From assembly GCA_963722805.1 (NCBI GenBank), contig CAVROQ010000008.1:1160-65159 (forward strand): DNA of 64,000 nt, given 5' to 3'. The notes under the pieces were generated by a model. That model made no database searches. It was given only the letters and a program-made list of their open reading frames with translations, and had not been told where the DNA came from. Source of the DNA: an uncultured Gammaproteobacteria bacterium (GTDB taxonomy: Bacteria > Pseudomonadota > Gammaproteobacteria > Pseudomonadales > JAHEGP01). Below are positions 9,282 through 18,353 of this stretch, piece by piece (within the stretch, counting starts at the first letter, position 1; every line of letters begins with the position of its first letter). Made by a program: the position numbers and the translations under genes.

Positions 9282-9650
9282 TTAAAATACAGACTCATAA
9301 TGCAATTTCTTATGGCCGTTCATTAGTGAAATATCATACCCTTCGAGCAACCAGTTGATCTGTTGCCCGGTCAGTGAAACCACCTCTTCACCACGGCGTG
9401 GCCAGCGGAATTTCTCTTCGGCCAGGGCCTTGTAGTAGAGTACAAAGCCATTATCTTCCCAGTACAGGCACTTGATCTTGTTGCGACGCCGGTTGGTGAA
9501 AGCGTACAAGCCGCCGTCGAAAGGATTGTGGCCAATTTCCCGTTCGACAATGGCTGCCAGACCGGTGCTGGCTTTCCTGAAATCTACCGGGTCCCGGTAC
9601 AGGTAGATCCGCGGCATGTCGTCGGCAGGACGGAAGTAGCGGACAGTCAC
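9282..9650 (-). CDS. tnpB: IS66-family Orf2 protein TnpB
   Basis: 122 aa. The sequence IYLYRDPVDFRKASTGLAAIV...NRRRNKIKCLYWEDNGFVLYYKALAEEKFRWP is characteristic of IS66 Orf2. Confidence 0.85.
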   Translation of the reverse strand: MTVRYFRPADDMPRIYLYRDPVDFRKASTGLAAIVEREIGHNPFDGGLYAFTNRRRNKIKCLYWEDNGFVLYYKALAEEKFRWPRRGEEVVSLTGQQINWLLEGYDISLMNGHKKLHYESVF

Positions 9651-9967
9651 AGGTGCTCCAGTAACTGGCGCACGACCAGGATGTTGTCGGAGCGAATACC
9701 GCGTAGCACCAGTCCATTGGGCAAGGACAGTGTCAGCCCGTTATTGACGTCAGGGCGATAATCGAGAGTGGCGAAACCGCCACTCTCGCGCTCTGCCTGG
9801 TCACCACCCGGGCCACGCTCAAACTTACGGCGCCAATACACAAACCGGTGATAGGTCAGATCATTGGCCTGGCAAAACTTTGGCTGCGACAGGCCCGAAT
9901 CCTTCCACTGGTCAATGTGCTGTTGCCAGTACGCCGCCAAATCTGTCGGGGTTGCTGGATCGCTCAT
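9647..9967 (-). CDS. tnpA: IS66-family accessory protein TnpA
   Basis: 106 aa, first gene of the IS66 module (..LSQPKFCQANDLTYHRFVYWRRKF..). Its stop overlaps the tnpB start. Confidence 0.8.
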   Translation of the reverse strand: MSDPATPTDLAAYWQQHIDQWKDSGLSQPKFCQANDLTYHRFVYWRRKFERGPGGDQAERESGGFATLDYRPDVNNGLTLSLPNGLVLRGIRSDNILVVRQLLEHL

Positions 9968-10075
9968 GGCTCTCTCCTGTTTTTTGATCGTCAGGAGTAA
10001 AGCATGATCAGGGTTGGGTTGAAAAAACAGGTGCAGTTTTAAAAGCGCTTACGTTACTTGCGTATTCCGGCCCAT

Positions 10076-10230
10076 CGTGAACACCCATTCTGGTTTAACG
10101 TGAACACCCATTCTGGTTTAACGTGAACACCTATTCTGGTCGAACGTGAACACCCATTCCGGGTTGAACGTGAACACTTTTCGGGTATTTTCCGGAATGG
10201 GTGTTCACCATCCCGGAATCACTGTTCACG
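10076..10230. repeat. IS21 left-end repeat array: five tandem ~23-bp direct repeats (cgtgaacacccattctggtttaa and variants) followed by two inverted copies
   Basis: Read directly: direct units start at 10076, 10099, 10122, 10145 and 10169. Inverted ggtgttcac / ctgttcacg copies lie at about 10199-10230. Matching ggtgttcacgttc units occur twice at the right end (about 12648-12683). Confidence 0.85.
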
Positions 10231-10303
10231 TTAAACCGGAATCCCTCTCAACGCATTGATCTTTAAACGGTTTGGTAAGCTCCCCGGCTTTTTGGGAGCG
10301 ACC

Positions 10304-11845
10304 ATGTCAGGCAAGAGAATCGCAATGCGCAAAATACGAGACGTACTCAGGCTTCGGTTATCCGCCGGCCTGTCCATCCGCGAGATCAGCCGCAGCACCA
10401 AGCTCAGTGTGGGCGGCATCCAGAAGCTGCTCAGCCGGGCCCAAGCCCTGGATCTGGGCTGGCCCCTAGCCGATAACCTGGATGACAATCGACTGGCACA
10501 GCTGTTCTATCCCAGTGCCGATACCCGCACCTCCCGCCGCTACCAGATGCCGGATTGGTCAGTCATCCACCAGGAACTCAAGCGGCCCCACATGACCAAG
10601 CAGTTGCTGTGGGAGGAGTACACCCAGCAATACCCCAATCGCTGTTACAGCTACTCCCAGTTCTGCGAGCGCTTCCGGCGATGGCAGGGCAAACAGAAGC
10701 GCTCCATGCGCCAGCACCACCGGGCCGGCGAGAAGTGCTTTGTGGATTACGGCGGTTCAACCGTGCCGATCATCAATGCCATGACCGGCGAGATCCGCGA
10801 GGCACAGATCTTTGTCGCCACCTTGGGCGCTTCCAACTACACCTTCGCTGAGGCGACCTGGTCTCAGTCGCTCCCCGACTGGCTGGGAAGCCATGTGCGG
10901 ATGCTGGAATTTTATGGCGGCTGTACCGACATGGTCGTCCCCGACAATCTACGCAGCGGTGTCAGCAAGGCCTGTCGCTACGACCCGGACCTCAATCCCA
11001 GTTATCAACAATGGGCCGAACACTACCTGGTCGCCGTGGTCCCGGCGCGGCCCTACAAACCCAAAGACAAAGCCAAGGCAGAGAATGCGGTTTTGGTCGT
11101 CCAGCGCTGGATTCTGGCCCGCCTGCGCCACCACAGCTTCTTCTCCCTGGCGGAGCTGAACCAGTGTATTCGCGCCTTGCTTGAGGACCTCAACAACCGC
11201 CCCTTCAAACAACTGCCCGGCTGCCGCCGCTCGGCGTTTGAGCAGTTGGATAAGCCGGCCCTGAAGCCGCTACCCACCCAGCCCTACCGCTACGTGGCCA
11301 TCAAGCCGGTCAAGGTCAACATCGACTACCACGTCCAGTACAAGGACCACAGCTACTCGGTGCCCCACCAATACGTCGGGGAACGGCTGGAACTGCACGC
11401 CAGTGAAACCCTGGTGGAAGTCTACTTCCGGCGGCAGCTGGTGGCCACGCACCCGCGCAAACACACGCCGGGGTTTACCACCAACCCGGCCCACATGCCC
11501 AAACGCCACCAGGCACAGCAGCAATGGACACCCGGGCGACTGAAGCGTTGGGCCGGCGACATCGGTCCGGATACCGGAGCCTGGGTCAGCGACCAGTTCG
11601 AGCGCCGGGAACACCCGGAGCAGGCCTACAGGGTCTGTCTGGGCCTGCTGAACCTGAGCAAGCAATACCCGGCCACCCGGCTCAATGCCGCCTGCCGCAT
11701 CGCCAACCAGGCTTCCCTGATGCGCCTGAAGCAGGTCAGGGCCATCCTGATGAGCAATCGGGACCAGTTGCCCGAACAACTCAGCCTCGCGGCTGAACTT
11801 CCCCAAGACCACGAGAATATCCGCGGTCCACACAACTTCCACTGA
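10304..11845 (+). CDS. istA: IS21-family transposase IstA, ~513 aa
   Basis: N-terminal HTH (MRKIRDVLRLRLSAGLSIREISRSTKLS) and a DDE core. Start re-called to the ATG at 10304, preceded by gggag. Confidence 0.9.
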   Translation: MSGKRIAMRKIRDVLRLRLSAGLSIREISRSTKLSVGGIQKLLSRAQALDLGWPLADNLDDNRLAQLFYPSADTRTSRRYQMPDWSVIHQELKRPHMTKQLLWEEYTQQYPNRCYSYSQFCERFRRWQGKQKRSMRQHHRAGEKCFVDYGGSTVPIINAMTGEIREAQIFVATLGASNYTFAEATWSQSLPDWLGSHVRMLEFYGGCTDMVVPDNLRSGVSKACRYDPDLNPSYQQWAEHYLVAVVPARPYKPKDKAKAENAVLVVQRWILARLRHHSFFSLAELNQCIRALLEDLNNRPFKQLPGCRRSAFEQLDKPALKPLPTQPYRYVAIKPVKVNIDYHVQYKDHSYSVPHQYVGERLELHASETLVEVYFRRQLVATHPRKHTPGFTTNPAHMPKRHQAQQQWTPGRLKRWAGDIGPDTGAWVSDQFERREHPEQAYRVCLGLLNLSKQYPATRLNAACRIANQASLMRLKQVRAILMSNRDQLPEQLSLAAELPQDHENIRGPHNFH

Positions 11846-11856
11846 AGGAGATACCC

Positions 11857-12615
11857 ATGACAACAGCCATCACACTCGCCCGCCTGCGCGACCTTCGCCT
11901 CGGCGGTATGGCCGATGCACTGGCGCGGCAACTGGAACAGATCGGCACCTACGATGCCCTTCCATTCCTGGAACGGCTTGGCCTGCTGGTTGAGCAGGAA
12001 TGCCTGGAGCGTGAGCACCGCAAGCAGGAGCGGCTAGTGCGCCAGGCACGCTTCAAGCTGCGCGCCACGGTGCAGGACATTGACTACCAGCACCCGCGCA
12101 ACATTCAGAAGGCACAGATCGCCCGGCTGGCACAAGGTGAGTGGATCGACCGTGCCCAGAACCTGCTGATCACTGGCCCCTGTGGGAGTGGCAAGACTTA
12201 CCTGGCCTGCGCGGTGGGTCACAACGCCTGCTTGCAGGGTTATAGCGCGCGTTACTACCGGTTGTCGCGAATGTTGCTGGAATTGACCCAGGCCAAGGCA
12301 GATGGAAGCTATCAAAAGCTGATGGCCCAGATAGCCAAGACGCAAATACTCCTGGTCGACGATTGGGGGCTGGAGAAACTCAACACCGCCCAACGCAATG
12401 ATCTGATGGAGATCATGGACGACCGTCACGGATCAACATCGACGGTGATGATCAGCCAGTTGCCGACGGACCAATGGTACGCCGCCATCGGGGATAACAC
12501 CTTGGCGGATGCCATCCTGGACCGACTGATGCACAACGCACACCGGCTCCCGCTGAAGGGTGAATCGATGAGAAAAATACGGGGGGAATTGACTGAAGGT
12601 GAACACTTGGAGTAA
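11857..12615 (+). CDS. istB: IS21-family helper ATPase IstB
   Basis: Walker A GPCGSGKTYLA, Walker B ILLVDDWG, and a typical IstB length of 252 aa. Confidence 0.9.
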   Translation: MTTAITLARLRDLRLGGMADALARQLEQIGTYDALPFLERLGLLVEQECLEREHRKQERLVRQARFKLRATVQDIDYQHPRNIQKAQIARLAQGEWIDRAQNLLITGPCGSGKTYLACAVGHNACLQGYSARYYRLSRMLLELTQAKADGSYQKLMAQIAKTQILLVDDWGLEKLNTAQRNDLMEIMDDRHGSTSTVMISQLPTDQWYAAIGDNTLADAILDRLMHNAHRLPLKGESMRKIRGELTEGEHLE

Positions 12616-12732
12616 AACGCACACCACGTGATGCGTTGAGAAATCAGGTGTTCACGTTCGTCCGGAATAGGTGTTCACGTTCACCGGAATACGCAGGTTA
12701 CTTGAGCCAGTTAAGCGCGGGAGGCCAATTGC

Positions 12733-14046
12733 TTATGCATCTGCCGGGGCTTTGACTCCCATTAGTAGGTTTGACTCTGCATTTTTCTTCTGTGCCTTGA
12801 CCTCGGTGAATACTGAATTTCTGAGGCTCAGAGAGAACATGATCATAAAGTAGTTGTATGGATACAGAGCTACCGACATGAAAAAGGCTCCCACTACAAA
12901 CAGAATCTGCGTGATGTCTAAGCCAATAGAAAATTGGTAAAGCCACGGTTGTTGTTTGTTCAGTTCCGACCCCCGCAATATCCGCCTACTACCTTTGTTG
13001 ATTTTGAAAACGATAAAGTACATAAGCAGGTAAGCAGCAAGACCCAGATAGCCGGCCTCGCTGGACACTTCGATAAGCGTATTGTGGGCAACTTCTCTTG
13101 TTTTACCGAAAGAGGCCTCTTCCGGTATTTCGTCCGCGTAATTGTCATGGAAATAACTGGGGAAAGCCTGAAATCCCACGCCTAACCACGGATAATTTTC
13201 CGTCATTTCCAGGCCTTTTTCCCAGTAGAGCAGCCGAGATTGCGAGGTTTGGTCTTCGCCAGCCGAGGTGAATCGTGCTTTTTGTTCGTCCGGTAGCAGC
13301 ATGTAGCCGCCGTATAAGACGGCACTGGCAATAAGCAGGTACTTGAAGTTTAACTTGCCTTTAATAAGGAAGAAGATAAAGGAGCCTGTTAGCAAAGCAA
13401 GTTGGGATGCGCGGGAGCTTGCCGCCAGAACGGTCATCACTGTAGTAATAGGGAAAATATAATAGAATTTTTTGATCCGGTCATTACCGAACATGACGGA
13501 AAGGCTCATAATGGTGATCATCGCCATAAGTAGCGACAGCTCGCCGGAATTCTGGAAAAAGCCTGCAGGGCCAGAAATGCCAAAGTCCTGGAAGCCGAAG
13601 CCCCGTTGCACCCAGGTTCTCGCCCCAAAAAAAGAAATCTTGAACAGCACCAAAAAGAACAGTATCAATATTAGCTTCAGTTTTTTGGTGGAATTGATAC
13701 AACTGGTAAAACAAAGAGCTTCCAGCATCCAGATAAAAGGTATATCGATATTCCTGAAGGAAATAGTGGGATAGAGTGAGTTATAAGCTGAGAGCAGACA
13801 AACCGAACCATACAAAAGAATGGTGAAGTGTGGCACCTGAAATCTAAGGGTGCTCTTGGCCCCGGCATAGAGTAGGCCGCCAATGACAAAAAGCTGTGTC
13901 CAAGGTACTACATCGAGAATGGGCAAAAGTGTATGAGGGCGCAGGTATGAAAATATGATGTAGCCGGCCACCATGTAGAATCCTAAATCCTGGTCGCGGC
14001 AATCGAGAAAGTATTGCTTAAAATCCAAGTATAGTTTTTTAATCAT
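12733..14046 (-). CDS. Polytopic membrane protein of the O-antigen ligase/Wzy_C family, possibly the exosortase-system-associated O-glycosylation ligase type
   Basis: 437 aa with about 10 or more hydrophobic segments and a central loop (..SSRASQLALL..) typical of Wzy_C. It lies in a locus that contains prsK, prsR and prsT. Confidence 0.6.
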   Translation of the reverse strand: MIKKLYLDFKQYFLDCRDQDLGFYMVAGYIIFSYLRPHTLLPILDVVPWTQLFVIGGLLYAGAKSTLRFQVPHFTILLYGSVCLLSAYNSLYPTISFRNIDIPFIWMLEALCFTSCINSTKKLKLILILFFLVLFKISFFGARTWVQRGFGFQDFGISGPAGFFQNSGELSLLMAMITIMSLSVMFGNDRIKKFYYIFPITTVMTVLAASSRASQLALLTGSFIFFLIKGKLNFKYLLIASAVLYGGYMLLPDEQKARFTSAGEDQTSQSRLLYWEKGLEMTENYPWLGVGFQAFPSYFHDNYADEIPEEASFGKTREVAHNTLIEVSSEAGYLGLAAYLLMYFIVFKINKGSRRILRGSELNKQQPWLYQFSIGLDITQILFVVGAFFMSVALYPYNYFMIMFSLSLRNSVFTEVKAQKKNAESNLLMGVKAPADA

Positions 14047-14614
14047 AATAGTGACTGGGCGTATTTTTTTTGCATTAATCGCGGCTGTCCGGCGCTGGAA
14101 TACTCCAGTCGGTAATATTGACTATAATTTGTGCCGAACTTTAACCTTGGTACCAACGGTTCTGGCAGTTCAGATACGGGTACAGTTAGAGCATCGTGGA
14201 GGCGGGCAAAAGGCTGCAGTGGCATTAACGTCGATATCAAGGACTTTTCTCTTGGTCTATCTTCACTTTATGGTGTGCTAGACTCAGCAGTTGTTTGACC
14301 GTTCGCCTACGAAGGCTGTCTTACTCGCGGATACCTGAAATTATACTCACAGTGTCACAACCCTTGCGGCTCGAGAGGGGCTCAATGGCGAGCGGCCGGG
14401 CTACCCTTACTGCTACAAGAATGCCTTGGAGTCTGAATCAGGCGATTTGCGCCAAAAAAAACAAATGTCTGAGGCCTATATTGTAGTTCCAATGGTTTGA
14501 TAGTGGAAAAGAAATATACCAGAGGCGATAGCATCGCGTGCCAAGAGCCAAAAAATATCGGAAAGCCGCGAAACACAAAATCCAATTTGGCCTACCAGAG
14601 GATAGTGAAAACTA

Positions 14615-15796
14615 GTGAGAAATGTATTAGTAACAGACGGTAACCAGCGGGCAGCATTGGCAGTAACTCGATCACTGGGCAGTCATGGAATAACCGTTAT
14701 TTCCGCAGATACGGAGGTGCGAACTCTTAGCTCTGCGTCGAAATATGCCCATTCTTCCGACATCTATGTGCCACCTAGTGACGTGCCTGCGTTCATTGCC
14801 TCAATACAGGCCCTGATACAGCGTCATCGAATCGACATTATTATACCCATTACAGAAATCACACTTTTCTCTCTGTTGCAGAATAGAGAAGCACTGGGCG
14901 ACGTGCAGATTCCCTTCGATAGCTACGATAAAGTTTCCCTGCTGTCTGACAAGGCCAAATTGGTGGAGCTTTGCCAAAGCAGCGGGTTTCCCTGCCCTAA
15001 ATCGAGCTACCATGAGGATGGGGCCGCGGCTCTGTCTGCGCCCTTTGACTTCCAGTTTCCGGTGGTTTTAAAGCCCTATAAATCCAGAATATTTGCAAAC
15101 GGCCAATGGGTTTCAACGGCTGTTACCTATGCACATTCTGAACAGCAATTGCGAGAATTGTGCGCCGATAACCCGGTGTTTTCTGCCTATCCATTTATTA
15201 TCCAGGAGTATATCGAGGGCTATGGGCAAGGCGTTTTTTTGCTATGCGATCATGGCAAGCCAATTGCAACATTCTGTCACAAGCGTCTTCGTGAAAAGCC
15301 GCCCTCGGGCGGTGTAAGCGTACTATCCGAGAGCGTGGCGCCTTCGCGGCATATGTTGGACGTAGCTGCCAGTCTACTGGAGTCAGTAGCTTGGCATGGG
15401 GTGGCAATGGTTGAGTTTAAGGTCCATCCCACCAGGGGGCCTTTTATTATGGAAGTTAATACACGCTTTTGGGGTTCGCTCCAGCTCGCTATTGATGCCG
15501 GAGTCGATTTCCCGTATCTGTTGTATCAAATGTGTGTTGGCGAAACTCCTGTCGCGGGCGAAAGTTATCGAACCGGCCAGCGACTGCGTTGGTTAATGGG
15601 CGATTTTGACCGACTTTACCTGGTAATGAAGTCTTCCGAATATAGCGCTTCTCAAAAGCTTAAGGAGTGCCTGGCTTTTCTGGCCCTGGCCGGTAAGGGG
15701 CTGCACTATGAGGTGAACCGTTTGGGAGACTTGTCTCCATTTCGCGAGGAGTTGCGGCAGTACTTCGGGGCCATCTTTGGTCGGCGCCAGCCATAA
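14615..15796 (+). CDS. ATP-grasp domain enzyme (carboxylate-amine ligase type)
   Basis: 393 aa with a GTG start. ATP-grasp hallmarks present: FPVVLKP, IIQEYIEG, HGVAMVEFKV, IMEVNTRFWGS. Confidence 0.7.
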   Translation: MRNVLVTDGNQRAALAVTRSLGSHGITVISADTEVRTLSSASKYAHSSDIYVPPSDVPAFIASIQALIQRHRIDIIIPITEITLFSLLQNREALGDVQIPFDSYDKVSLLSDKAKLVELCQSSGFPCPKSSYHEDGAAALSAPFDFQFPVVLKPYKSRIFANGQWVSTAVTYAHSEQQLRELCADNPVFSAYPFIIQEYIEGYGQGVFLLCDHGKPIATFCHKRLREKPPSGGVSVLSESVAPSRHMLDVAASLLESVAWHGVAMVEFKVHPTRGPFIMEVNTRFWGSLQLAIDAGVDFPYLLYQMCVGETPVAGESYRTGQRLRWLMGDFDRLYLVMKSSEYSASQKLKECLAFLALAGKGLHYEVNRLGDLSPFREELRQYFGAIFGRRQP

Positions 15797-15896
15797 CAAT
15801 TTGGCAAATCCTGCTGTGACGCCATGTTGCAACCGAATGTGGGCGTGATGGACTACAAATGATAGACGAAGAAAAACAATAGTGCGGGTAAAACAT

Positions 15897-16473
15897 TTAT
15901 CGATGTTTTACGTTGGCCTGCTCTATTTCCGCTACTATACGATAGATCGCCTGGTCTATCTTGTTGAAACAACTGTCAAAATAAATATCTGAGCGGCAAA
16001 TTGGGTCTTGCAGGAAAGGGTCAGGCGAACTAGCCCATATTCCTAGCAGGGTTGTTTGAGCGGGTCCTCTGGTCTTTGTTTGCCCTTGCAATTGCGTTTG
16101 CAATCGCTTCAAGGTGATCGGGTTCGACAGCCAAAATCAGGTCTCCTTGCTGCAGCTCAATATTGTTTATTGAGCGACAGTGGTGCGAACTGAGGTCAAT
16201 GCCTCTCGCTCTGCCATTGCGCAGTGCCTCTTCGCTCGCTCCTTTTGATTCGTCGGCATCAATACCATAGGAGGAACTTGCCATCCCCAGAGATTTTGCT
16301 TTAGCCTCGGCATAGGCACTTCGGTTGATATTTCCCATGCAGACAAAAACAAGGCGACGAACCCGCTGCCAATCTGGCTGGGCGTAGTCCACGTAAAAAC
16401 CCAGTCGATAGAGGGCTTTATGGTAAAGCGATTTTATAGCTGCTTGCTTGCCTCCTGCTTTTTCCAGAATCAT
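15897..16473 (-). pseudogene. Low-molecular-weight protein-tyrosine phosphatase (Wzb-like) split by a frameshift
   Basis: The P-loop VFVCMGNINRS (C-X5-R-S) is in ORF 16030..16473. The C-terminal DP-loop part (TTLLGIWASSPDPF...FDSCFNKIDQAI) is in the +1 frame, ORF 15897..16112. The shift lies somewhere in about 16040-16100, for example at the G-run 16062-16064. Confidence 0.7.
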
Positions 16474-17124
16474 TGTTGAAGAAGGGTCCTTGTTAGTTAA
16501 AGAGTCAGCACTTTTTGGCTACAATGCGGCAGCGATCGTTGACACAATTTTCTATTAATCATCTGCATTGTCGGCGCGTCGGGTCCATTCTAAAATAGCA
16601 CAGGACACGGTATCACGCAGCAAGTCAGGCGCTATCAATAGGCCATTGCAGCATGAATTGCTCAGCAGAATGGCCTGAGGCATTGCAGCCTCTTTTTTTA
16701 CCTAAGCTCCGGAGCCAAGTAAGGGTCAGGCTGTCCAGCGGAAGGATGTTTTACCGGAATCACTCTATACAGAGCCAATCAACTGCAGCTACGACGCCTC
16801 TCATTCACACGGTGATACAACCTCAGTGGTGCCATATACGGTGCAGCGAGAGCGCGACTATAGCCAAAATTACAAAGTGGGTAAAGTTATAAGTGCAGTG
16901 ACTATAGCGTGTCCTCAAGGAGGCAACTAGTTGAATTCAGATTGGAAAAAACGAAGCGCATCTAAGATTGGCCGGATTGTAAGCTTGTCAATATCGACAG
17001 GTTGCTAGTGGTTATGTGTGCTATTTTTTTAATACTATATAGCGTAATAATTTCCAATTTTTCTAGGTGGCTTGTGCGAAACAAAAAAATCTTTCATTGC
17101 CGTTTGCTAGATCAGGGATTCTAG

Positions 17125-18279
17125 ATGCCTGATTTCTTGATCGCTTTTCACGTACCTGCCAATGCTGGCTATGCCGTGGAGCCTCTGGAAAGGACATTTT
17201 TTAGCGTAATTTCCCAGTTCCTTTCTGCTGAACCGTCGGGCGGCCGAATTCACCTGGGCTACACCAACTTCAAGGCCGGGAAGCCAAAGTGGCTGGGTAA
17301 CCGCGAGGTTCCGTTGCTGGAACTGGATTTCCGTAAAATGTCTGCGGGGGAAAGGCTGGAGTTAGAAAACTATCTCAAGCGAAATCGTATTAAACATGTA
17401 CTGGCTTTCGATCTGTCGGTGGGTACACCTATCTGTCAGACCTTTCGCAGGGCGGGTGTAGAGGCAATTATAACCTATTGGGGCGCGCCGCTAAGTGCGC
17501 TTAATACCGGTCTCAGGTTGTTAGCCAAGCGCATTGAAGTACTTTGTACTCAAAATAAGCCGAGTCACTTTATTTTCGAGTCTTACGGTATGCAACGCAC
17601 TGCAACGCATGGCCGAGGCGTTTCGAAATGCAAGACCTCTGTGGTAAAGCCAGGTATCGATGTCGGTGCTTTTGCCCGCTACACAGACAAAACTCATATT
17701 TACCAGCAGTTTAATATACCGCCTGAACGAAAAGTGCTGTTTTTTGCCGGTCATATGGAAGAGCGAAAAGGAGTGCACGTAATTGTTACGGCCGCGGCTG
17801 AGTTGATTAACAATCGGCATCGCAGGGACCTTCACTTCGTTTTTTGTGGCGATAGGCCTGGTGAAAAGATCGCATTTGATAGGCTTTATAAAGGTACGGC
17901 TGCTGAGGCTTATATCAGTTTTGGTGGCTATAGGAATGACATTCCGCAGCTGCTGCCGGGGTGCTATGCGGGTATTATTGCTTCCACCGGGTGGGACTCG
18001 TTTACATTTAGCTCAATGGAGATGGCTGCGGCGCGGGTGCCGTTACTGGTATCTGATCTTATAGGTTTGAATGAGGCGATTATTGATCAGGAAACAGGCT
18101 TGTTGTTTACTCCGGGCGACCATTTACAGCTTGCGGATAAGGTAGAATATCTGGTCGCCAATCCGGTAATAAGAGATGAATTTGGCCAAAACGCCTTTGC
18201 CAGAGTCAATCGAGAGTTTACTGTTGAAAAGCAAAAAGCGGCGCTCTTAAAAGTCATTGAATCACAGCTAAAAGAATGA
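17125..18279 (+). CDS. Glycosyltransferase, GT4 (GT-B fold) family
   Basis: 384 aa. The C-terminal Glycos_transf_1-like region reads VLFFAGHMEERKGVHV...STGWDSFTFSSMEMAAARVPLLVSD. Confidence 0.7.
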   Translation: MPDFLIAFHVPANAGYAVEPLERTFFSVISQFLSAEPSGGRIHLGYTNFKAGKPKWLGNREVPLLELDFRKMSAGERLELENYLKRNRIKHVLAFDLSVGTPICQTFRRAGVEAIITYWGAPLSALNTGLRLLAKRIEVLCTQNKPSHFIFESYGMQRTATHGRGVSKCKTSVVKPGIDVGAFARYTDKTHIYQQFNIPPERKVLFFAGHMEERKGVHVIVTAAAELINNRHRRDLHFVFCGDRPGEKIAFDRLYKGTAAEAYISFGGYRNDIPQLLPGCYAGIIASTGWDSFTFSSMEMAAARVPLLVSDLIGLNEAIIDQETGLLFTPGDHLQLADKVEYLVANPVIRDEFGQNAFARVNREFTVEKQKAALLKVIESQLKE

Positions 18280-18353
18280 CCGTCAGTATCTATTCAAGCG
18301 CTGCTTTTTGCTCCTCCTAACTGGTGTGTCTCCGGGCCTTGTTAAGCAATGGC

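Larger units (their letters stand above)
8213..10052 (-). mobile_element. IS66-family element (tnpA-tnpB-tnpC) with an intact left end and a deleted 3' end
   Basis: Canonical three-gene order. The terminus GTAAGCGCTTTTAAAACTGCACC (minus strand) ends at 10052. TnpC homology stops at ...GITRIGC, about 8213, before the expected C-terminal third. Confidence 0.8.
10059..12695 (+). mobile_element. Complete IS21-family element (istA-istB) with TG..CA ends and multi-repeat termini
   Basis: 12-bp perfect terminal IR: tgcgtattccgg at 10059-10070 and ccggaatacgca at 12684-12695. Arrays of cgtgaacacc-type repeats lie inside both ends. GTTACT occurs at 10053-10058 and again at 12697-12702. Confidence 0.9.

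Noticed and set aside
10076-10190. Five regularly spaced ~23-bp direct repeats that superficially resemble a mini CRISPR array
   Set aside because: The units are contiguous with no unique spacers between them. They lie just inside the terminal IR of an IS21-family element, and inverted copies occur at the same end and at the other end. They are the multi-repeat transposase-binding sites typical of IS21 ends.
16671-16687. Possible sigma-54 promoter (TGGCC-N-TTGCA) that could be a PrsR target in the EPS locus. Similar near-matches lie around 14135-14150 (TGGTAC..TTCT) and 16519-16530 (TGGCTACAATGC).
   Set aside because: None fits the required GG-N10-GC arrangement between the -24 and -12 elements. 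The GG-to-GC spacing is one base too long in 16671-16687 and three bases too short at 16519-16530. The 14135-14150 near-match has no GC dinucleotide at the -12 position and its -12 element sits one base too far downstream. No correctly spaced -24/-12 element was found by eye in the EPS intergenic regions, although a matrix scan would be more reliable.
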